Of a stretch of 64,000 nt of DNA, positions 1 to 9,900 are shown in pieces (the stretch's first letter is position 1; each line of letters begins with the position of its first letter). The translations under genes and the position numbers were made by a program. Source of the stretch: Alphaproteobacteria bacterium. Its GTDB lineage: Bacteria; Pseudomonadota; Alphaproteobacteria; Micavibrionales; Micavibrionaceae. The notes below the pieces were generated by a model. That model was not told where the DNA came from. It did not search any database and saw only the letters and a list, made by a program, of their open reading frames with translations. The stretch lies in NCBI GenBank assembly GCA_020848095.1, contig JADLAT010000002.1, positions 21,293 through 85,292 of the forward strand, written 5' to 3'.

Positions 1-787
1 GGAAGCCAAACATACACGGCTTTACGGCCATATGCTGAGCAAAGAACCCGCTGCGCATGTGCCCGAAATTGTGCCCGAACTCTCCACGCGCCGCCTTTTG
101 ACCTCCACATGGCTTGATGGACAAAGGATTCTCAGCCTGAGTGATGCCCCTCTGGAACAAAGAAACCAGATCGCGCTTAATATGTTTCGCGCATGGTACG
201 TCCCATTCTACGACTACGGCACAATTCACGGCGACCCCCATCCCGGCAACTACACAGTGCGCGATGATCTTTCCATCAATCTTCTGGATTTTGGCTGCGT
301 TCGTGTTTTCCCGCCGGAATTTGTCGGGGGCGTCATCAATCTGTACAAGGCACTCATGACCGGTGACAACGCCTTGGCCGTTCACGCCTACGAAACATGG
401 GGCTTTAAAAACCTCTCCAAAGAGCAGGTTGAAACCCTGAACATCTGGGCAACATTCCTCTACGGCCCTATAATGGAAGATAAAATTCGCATCATCGGGC
501 ATGCCGATGGCGGCGTTTACGGGCGGGAAACGGCTGAAAAAGTACATATCCGCCTGCGGGAGCTTAGCCGGGAAAACGGCGGGATCAGCGTCCCACGCGA
601 ATTCGTATTCATGGATCGCGCCGCACTTGGCCTTGGTTCGGTATTCATCAGGCTGAGTGCGGAAATAAACTGGCACCGGCTCTTTAACGAGCTTATCGAG
701 AACTTTAACGTCGAGACCTTGCGCCAGCGTCAAAAAGAAGCCCTCCATCTTTTTGACCTGAACGACTCTACGCCTGAAAAGCCTTAA
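1..787 (+). CDS. ABC1/UbiB-family atypical kinase, C-terminal part (5' end lies outside the window)
   Basis: The reading frame is open from the window edge. It carries the HGDPHPGNY and LLDFG motifs characteristic of ABC1/AarF/UbiB kinases. Confidence 0.8.
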   Translation, partial: EAKHTRLYGHMLSKEPAAHVPEIVPELSTRRLLTSTWLDGQRILSLSDAPLEQRNQIALNMFRAWYVPFYDYGTIHGDPHPGNYTVRDDLSINLLDFGCVRVFPPEFVGGVINLYKALMTGDNALAVHAYETWGFKNLSKEQVETLNIWATFLYGPIMEDKIRIIGHADGGVYGRETAEKVHIRLRELSRENGGISVPREFVFMDRAALGLGSVFIRLSAEINWHRLFNELIENFNVETLRQRQKEALHLFDLNDSTPEKP

Positions 788-997
788 GAGATTCGCAATA
801 GTTAACGCGCTATCAAAATTGAATATTTTCCGGATTCCGCCTGATTTTTTAAGTATTATGAAATAAATAAGCTGTATCCCCAGATATCCACACCCCTTAA
901 AAGACCTCAATAAGGATTTATAAAGGAATTTCGATCATAATGGAGAGTGAATAAATTTATCTACGGGTAAGCATTGCTTATCACAGGGGACTCTCAA

Positions 998-3900
998 GTG
1001 GACAAAAACAATATGACTCCGAAAACCTCCTCCCGAAAAAATGAGCAGGGAAACGTCTTTTTCGCCCTGTTCGGCGCGGTCGCAATTGTCGGTGTTCTGG
1101 GCGCGGGCATCATGTCCACCATGCGCGGCCCCCTCTCGACAATGGTCGAGGTTAACCGCCGGGAACAGGCCAAGGCCGAAATGCGGGTTGCCGCCAATCT
1201 GATTTTGGCGGGCGCGGCTCTTGATGAATGCGGCGATGCTGACGGCTTTACCGAAGCACCGCTTATGGATACAACCGGCACACATAAGCCGCTAAACGGC
1301 GGGGTAATCCCCGGCTCAATCGGTGCCACCAAAACCGATCCCTGGGGCAATCCATACGGTTATTGCGCCTGGAATCACGGCCCCGATGCCGCGGGACAAA
1401 CCACCTGCGTGGGCACTTTGGACGGAAGCGATAATGCCAACAACATTGCTATTGCGATAATCTCATCCGGCCCAGACGGCGTATTCACCACCGAATGCTA
1501 CAATGACGGCGTGGGGGATGACTATGTAAGACCAGACACCGGCAGCGGCGATGACATCGTTGAGCCCATGACCTATAACCAAGCGGTTGCCAGCACAGGC
1601 GGCCTATGGGCGGTTTCCGGCCCGACCGGTGCCTCCATTGATCGTGAATTGACCGTAACCAGCGCGGGCACATCCTCCTTTACCGGGGCGATAGAAGTCG
1701 GCTCCACAATCAAGGCCTCAACCTCCATCATTACCGATGCCCTCGTACCCATCAACGTAGGAACTCAGGATTACATCGACATCGCGGGCGGTATAAAAAT
1801 CGGTGATGTAACCGTATCGGGCTGCACAGGGGTCGGCGATGTCGGCATGCTGCGCGTCAATGGTACCAATCTTCAGGTTTGTAAGGGTGCTGCAGGCTGG
1901 CAAAGCGCAAGCGGTCAATGGAAAGACGGCGCCGCGGGAAAGATTTACTATGACACCGCCAATATCGGCGTAGGCACGATCACGGACCCGGCGCGCGCGC
2001 TGGATATCGGCGGCACATTCGGCGCAACAGGCGCTGCGACATTGGGTGATACCCTGAATGTCAGTGGCGCAACGACCCTCAGCAGTACACTGGCCGTCAC
2101 CGGCGCAACAACCCTCAGCAACACACTGGCTGTCGCGGGCGATTTTACCATCAATACCGATAAATTCACCGTGGATGCCACAAACGGCGATGTCGATGCC
2201 GCCGGCATTATCAATACCAGCGCGTATTACCAGATCGATGGCGACACCATGCTTCGCTCTGATACAGCCATGAATAAATCCGTTCTGCTCGGCAAGGATG
2301 CCGGCGCGAATGTAACGGGCAACAACAACACGATCCTGGGCGCAAACGCCGCATCCACTCTCACCAGCGGCAGCGGTAATATCGTAATTGGCGCTGGCTC
2401 GACAACCCCACTGGCTGCGCCAGATGTACCGGGCGCCACAACGGATGACTACCTCAATATAGGGAATATCCTGCATGGTAATTTAACAAACAAACGCCTT
2501 GGAATTGGTTTTGCCGATGATTATGACGCCAGCGGCTTTAACGACACACTTGAGGTCAACGGCAACACCGACATAGTAGGCAATCTGGCCGTTTCCGGAA
2601 CTTCCGTCTTTGGAACCACAGTCACAATCGAAAATGACGGTGATATCGTTGCCTCCGGCACAATCGCTGCCGCCGATTACACATGGAATGGCGTAGATTT
2701 CACCCCCCCCGGAAGCTGTAACGCCACGACAGAAAAAATGAACTGGAACGTCACCACCGGCTGGGAATGTATCGCTGATACAGCGGGCGGCAGCGGCGCG
2801 GGCGGTGCACTCAATTTTATCGACCTTGCCGACGTACCCAACAACTATACAGGCGCTGGTGGAAAAATTGTTGTCGTCAATGCCGGAGCAACCGGACTGG
2901 AATTTCTTGCACAAACCGCGCTTGAGGATGCCGGAAAATGGGAAGATTCGCTTGTCGGAGAAACCGATGACATTCGCCGCAACAAGGCCGATGGCGACGT
3001 TTTAATAGGTGCCGCCTCCTCCGCCGCCGTGGGCATTGATGCCAACGCCAGTAGTGATCTATACGTCGAAGGCCTGATAAAAACGGGAAGCAAAATTCTT
3101 GTTCCCGATGGCTCTGCCGCTGCGCCCTCCTACGTTTTCACCACATCGCCCACAACCGGGCTTTATCTGGACGCTGCCGACAGGCTGGGCTTTGCCACAG
3201 CGGGCGTAGCCAGAGCATATATTCTGGCCAATGGCGATGTCGGCATTGGCACCACCAGCGTTCCAACGGGCGTGGGCGGTGCCGGGCAAAATCTGCTCAT
3301 GGCGGTTAACGGCCCACTCGGCGCAACACATTATTGCGATGCCGCCGGCGAAAATTGCTTCACCGCCGCCGGCATAAGCAGCGCAAGTACGCCCGCCGGC
3401 GCCGACCGCGAAATTCAGTTCAACAATAATGGTGTTTTTGGCGCAAGTTCGACATTCAAGCTGATGTCCGATGGCGACCTGCTTCTGACAGGAACCTATA
3501 CCGGCACAGCCAGCGCACCTGTCGCCGGCGCCGGAACGCGCATGTTCTTCGACGCGCAAATGGGTGCCTTCCGGGCTGGATCCGTTGATTCAACACAATG
3601 GGATACCGCCAGTATCGGCATTTACAGTCAGGCCTTGGGCAGAAATGCAAAAGCGGGCGGAAGCTACAGTACGGCCCTGGGCACAAGCTCCAATGCTGAC
3701 GCCGCCTTCAGCCTGGCCTTGGGCCGCGACATAAACATTGCATCCTCAGCACCCGGCTCCGCAGGATTAGGGTTAAACCAGAACGCCGCAACGACAGATC
3801 CCATTATTTCCGGTTCAGAATCCTTTGGCATATTTATGGGAACACATAATAACGTTAACTTCGCCGTGGCAAACACCATGGGCGTATTCGGCGGAAAAAT

Positions 3901-6900
3901 GGTTATTGACCCGGCTATTCCGGCGACACAGCTAACGGCACGCGGCGTGCTTGATCTGGGCGCAGCCACAGATGCGCTTATCCTCCCGCGGGGAACAACT
4001 GCGCAGCAACCCGTCGCTCCCGCGGGCGGCATGATTCGCTACAACACAACGGCCACACCAAAAGATAAAGTCGAGTACTACGACGCAGAATCCACAAGCT
4101 GGATTCAACTCAGCGATGGAACCGGCGGTGCCACCCCAGCCGGCGCTGACCGTGAAATCCAGTTCAACAATAATGGTGTTATGGGTGCAAGCGCCGCGTA
4201 TAAGCTTATGGCTGATGGCGATCTGCTCCTGACAGGAGCTCATACCGGTACAGCCAGCGTTCCCGTTTCCGGTGCTGGTTCACGCATGTTTTTTGATGCA
4301 CAAATGAGCGCGTTCCGAGCCGGGTATGTAAATGGAACACAGTGGAATGATGTCAATATCGGCAATTACAGTACAGCATTCGGATTCGGCACAAGGGCCA
4401 GCGGTGATTCCAGCACAGCAATCGGAAATACAGTACTAGCCAGCGGTAGCAACAGCACGGCAATCGGATTTGGAACACTGGCCAGCGGCAGCTCCAGCAC
4501 AGCAATTGGAGCTGGAGCGGTAGCCAGTGGGACAACAAGTATAGCCGCGGGTGCATCAACGACAGCCAGCGGCATTTATAGCATAGCGATGGGGCGGGCC
4601 GCCGTTGCAGGAGATGGAACCGCCGGAAACGGACTAGGCGATGGCTCCATGGCGATTGGTCTTGTTGATGACAGCATTACCATTACAACAAAGCCCAAAG
4701 TTACAGGAATTCAGTCACTCGGCATTTTCATGGGTGATCAGGACGGCGGTGTTACACTGGCGGATCAAAACACCATGGGCCTGTTCGGCGGAAAAATGGT
4801 TATTGATCCGGCGGTTCCGGCAACGCAGCTCACCGCACGCGGCGTACTTGACCTCGGCGCGGCGACAGATGCCCTCGTCCTGCCCTCCGGCACGGATGCC
4901 CAGCAGCCTGCAGCCGTGAACGGGATGCTCCGTTACAACACGGACAATGGCAAATTCGAAGGCTATCAGGCGGGCGCATGGCAGGACATCCTGACCAGCG
5001 CCATTGCAGGCGGCGCAGCGGCCCCGGACCGAGGTATCCAGTTTAACAATAATGGAGATTTCGCGGCTGATGCTAAATTCACCTACACCACGGATGGCGA
5101 TTTGATTGTCGGCTCAAACCAGATCGATGACACCACCACGGGAACAGAAGATTCCCGCATGTATTTCGATGTGTCCAACAGCGCCTTCCGCGCGGGGAGC
5201 GTTACAGGCGGGGAATGGAACTTCGCGAGCGCCGGAGCGTACAGCGTGGCTTTCGGCTACAATACCATTGCGAGCGGGGTTCTTTCATTTGCAGGAGGAG
5301 ATTCCTCCACCGCGACAAATGCTTTCAGTTTTGCTTACGGCGATCAAAATGATGCGACAGGCCAAGCCAGTACAGCTTTTGGATCCAACAACAATGCATC
5401 AGGAGATTACAGTATTGTTTTTGGATCCAACAACAATGCAACTGGAGGCCATAGTTTTGCCGGTGGGGGAGATTCAATATGGGCAACAGGCGATTCATCT
5501 TTTGCATGGGGGAACTCTTCCCGCGCTGAAGGGGATACAAGTATAGCGATAGGCAATAATGTCAAATCGAGCGGCGTTTACGGGACGGCGTTTGGCAACA
5601 AGGTAGTTGTTGGCAACGGTACAGCGGGCAGTGGTTTTGGCGATGGATCCATGGCGATTGGTTTGATTGATGATGCGGTAACGATCACGACAAGGCCGCA
5701 GGTGACGGGAATCCAGTCGATGGGTATCTTCATGGGCGATCAGGATGGCGGTGTCGTGCTGGCCGATCAGAACACAATGGGCCTGTTCGGCGGCAAGATG
5801 GTCATAGACCCGGCGGTTCCGGCAACGCAGCTCACCGCACGCGGCGTGCTTGACCTCGGCGCGGCGACGGACGCCCTCGTCCTGCCCTCCGGCACGGATG
5901 CCCAGCGCCCCGGAACGCCGGCTGGCGGGATGATCCGCTATAACACAACGGCCACACCAAAAGACGTCATAGAATATTACGACGCAGAAAGCACAGCATG
6001 GATTCAGGTTCCTACCTCTACGACATCCACCCCCGCCGGCGCCGACCGCGAAATCCAGTTCAACAACGCGGGCGTTATGGGCGCAAGCGCCACGTATAAA
6101 CTTATGGCTGATGGTGATTTATTGCTCACAGGAACCTATACTGGTGTTGCCAGTGTTCCCGTAAGCGGCGCAGGAACGCGCATGTTTTTCGACACGCAAA
6201 CATCCGCTTTCCGCGCCGGGTATGTAAATGGAACACAGTGGAATGATGTCAATATCGGCAATTACAGCACAGCAATGGGCGCCAGTAACATTGCAAGCTA
6301 TAACTATGCTGTTGCCCTTGGACAGCAAAACACATCAAGCGGTTCGGCAAGCATAGCACTGGGCTCTTCAAATACAGCAACGGGTAGTGGCGCAAGCGGA
6401 GCGACAGCCATCGGATACAATAATTACTCAATGGGCGATGGCTCAATGGCTTTAGGAAAGAACAACAGCGTTACAAACCATGCCGGTTTTGCGATAGGAT
6501 CATACAATAATTCAGATGGCGAGAATATGGCCCTTGGCTTCTATGCCGATGTCACGGGAGGCGGCTCTATTGCTATTGGAGCCAGCACTGTTGACCCTGC
6601 CACGGATCCTGTCATTTCCGGCGCCCAATCCTTCGGTGTATTCATGGGCAATCATAGCGGCGTAGATTTTTCTGCGGCGAATACGGCAGGATTCTTCGGC
6701 GGAAAAATGGTTATTGATCCGGCGGTTCCGGCAACGCAACTCACCGCACGCGGCGTGCTTGATCTGGGCGCAGCCACAGACGCCCTCATCCTCCCCTCCG
6801 GCACCGATGCGCAACGCCCCGGCACGCCCGCAGGTGGAATGATCCGCTATAACACAACAACCACACCAAAAGACGTCATCGAATACTACGACGCTGAAAG

Positions 6901-9900
6901 TGCGGCATGGATTCAGGTCCCGTTCGCTACAACGGCTGCGCCCGCCGGTGCTGACCGCGAAATTCAATTTAATAATGCGGGTGTTATGGGCGCAAGCGCC
7001 GCCTATAAACTCATGTCAGATGGCGACCTGCTCCTTACCGGAACCTATACAGGCACAGCCAGCGCCCCTGCCACTGGCGCTGGAACGCGCATGTTTTTCG
7101 ATACACAATCTGCTGCCTTCAGAGCTGGCGGCATCACAGCCGCACAATGGGATACGGCCAGTCTGGGAATTTACAGCGTAGCCTTCGGCAAAGATACAAC
7201 AGCCAGCGGAAGCTACAGCGCGGCCTTCGGCCTAAGCAGCACCGCCAGCGGTACACAGAGTTTCGCCGCAGGCAACACCGCCATCGCCAGCAACTCTCAA
7301 AGTGTGTCCATGGGGAATACAACCACCGCCAGCGGCCTCCGAAGCGTTGCCATGGGCTTTACCACATCTGCAACCGCGGCAAGCAGCGTGGCCATGGGAA
7401 ATACCACGCTGGCCAGCGCGACAAACAGCGTTGCTATGGGAAACGCCACGCAAGCCACAGGCGCACACAGCGTCGCCATGGGCAGCTCAACCATCGCCAG
7501 CGGCTCGGCCAGCACGGCCATGGGTGTTTCTACCGTTGCCAGCGGCTGGAATAGCGTTGCCATGGGAAATACAACCACAGCCTCCGGGGCAGGAAGCGTC
7601 GCATTAGGAAGCATCACCACCGCCAGCGGTATTGCCAGCACCGCGCTGGGTGTAAGCGTAGCTGCAGGCGATGGAACTGCGAACAACGGAAAGGGCGATG
7701 GCTCCATAGCCTTCGGCCTGATCGATAATGCCGTTACCATCACCACCCCCTCTCAAGTAACCGGCATTCAATCCATGGGCATCTTCATGGGCGATCAGGA
7801 TGGGCTGGTCGTCTCTGCCGATAATCAAATGGGCCTGTTTGGCGGAAAAATGGTCATTGATCCAGCAATCCCGGCAACGCAGCTCACAGCCCGGAGCGTA
7901 CTTGATCTGGGCGCGGCAACGGATGCGCTTGTTCTACCCTCCGGCACAACCGCGCAGCAACCGGTCACCCCCGCCGGCGGGATGATCCGTTACAACACAA
8001 CGGCCACGCCAAATGACAAAGTCGAATACTACGATGCAGAATCCACAAGCTGGATACAGTTAGGCAGCGGCGGCAGCGGCGGAGCCGCGCTCTCTGGCAT
8101 CACCGCAGCGGTAGCTGCCAACACCATTGGCTCCGGTGATTACGCGCAGGCCTGGAACTGGACACTCACCACCGCAGCAAAATCCGCCATGACGTTCGGC
8201 GAAACTCTGGCCGCCACAAATGGTGCGGGCGCACAATCAGTCGTAAAAATGGCAACACTGGCTGCCTCCACCGCCATGCCCCTCTGGATTCAAAATGCCG
8301 GCAATGGGCTGTCTTTCCGGGTCGATGATGCCGCTTCCGATACAACCCCATTTGTAATTGATGCTGATGGCAAAGTGGGTATAGGCCTAAGTGCCCCAAC
8401 GGCTCCGCTGCATATAAAGGGCGCAAATGCGAATGGCGAATACCTCTTAGCCATGCAACAAAACGACCAGCACGCCGAATATATACAGATGAAAAACTCT
8501 GCAGGAACAACTGTTTTTGATATAGCGGGCTCATGGGGTTTCCCTTACATTAACCTCAGTGACACCTCTGGAACCGCTCGTGTCTCACTAACTACAGGGG
8601 GAGCCGCAGGACCACATCTTGTCGTCTTAACCTCCGTTAACAGACCTGACGGAGGAGAGCCCTACGGATTTGGTATCCGTGTCAATTACCCCAACAGTAT
8701 GGAAAATGGAATTATATTCGGCGATGGGAGCGGAAACGGTGCCTACGGCTCCGCTATTACAGGATATGACGGAGACTCGGGCGGATCGACTGACAATGGC
8801 GGCCTGCGCCTCAAGACAGGAAATGGAGTGCGTCCTACCACACGGGTACAAATTGACCCGGATGGAATAACCCGGTTCACCACCGCAGGCGCAATTGTTC
8901 TCCCCTCCGGCACCGATGCGCAACGCCCCGGCACGCCCGCCGGCGGAATGATCCGTTACAACACAACCGCCACGCCCAATGACAAAGTCGAGTATTACGA
9001 TGCGGAATCCACAAGCTGGATTCAATTGGGCAGCGGCGGCAGCGGCGGCACCATAGATGGCCTGACAGACGGAATAACCGACTATACCACCGACTTTAAT
9101 CTCTTCATGGGGCAAAATGCGGGCGCGGCCATTGCGGCAACCGGGCAATACAATCTGGCCATCGGCCAAAACGCCGGGGACACAATTTCCTCAGGTGATA
9201 GAAACATCGCCATCGGATACGATGTTCTAACCACCGGCGCAACAATGTCTGATAACATCGGCATTGGCTATAACGCGCTAAAACTCAATCAATCAGGGGG
9301 CCAATCCAACGTCGCTATCGGCGCATACGCTCTGGATGCCAACACGACAGGCGACACCAGCATCGCCATCGGCAAGAATGCTCTGGGGGGCAATCAAGGC
9401 GGCGGCGCCAATATTGCAATTGGGGAAGACGCACTTCTTTCCAACGTATCGGGCGTTGATAACGTTGCCATCGGGCCATGGGCGCTGGACGGCAGCACAG
9501 GCGACCGAAATCTGGGGATCGGCAGCGATGCACTGACCTTAACCACAGGAAGCGATAATATCGGCATCGGCTACCTCGCTGGGAACAACCTCACCAGCGG
9601 CAGCGGTAACATCATCATCGGATCCTCAAACGCAGCCACCACCGCGGGCGGAAGTAACCAACTCGACATCGGTGATACAATCTATGGCGACCTGAGTGAA
9701 AAACGCATTGGTATTGGCGCCGTTCCCGCCGCGGGCGTAGAACTGGATGTAACAGGCGACATTCAATACACAGGCACCCTCACCGATGTCTCCGATATGC
9801 GTCTGAAGAAAAACATCAGACCTCTCGGCAAAATGTTAGCTAAAATCAACCAGGTCAAAACCTACAGCTTCGTAATGAAGGACGATCAGGCAGGGCGCAC

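Noticed and set aside
1718-2476. A 252-aa antisense ORF, plus many other 60-150-aa ORFs on both strands inside the giant fibre gene (for example 3059-3559, 6512-6967, 7297-7746, 8627-9169).
   Set aside because: They lie entirely within a long, coherent, domain-bearing ORF. Their translations are low-complexity Arg/Cys/Ala-rich sequence, as expected for off-frame reading of GC-rich repetitive DNA.
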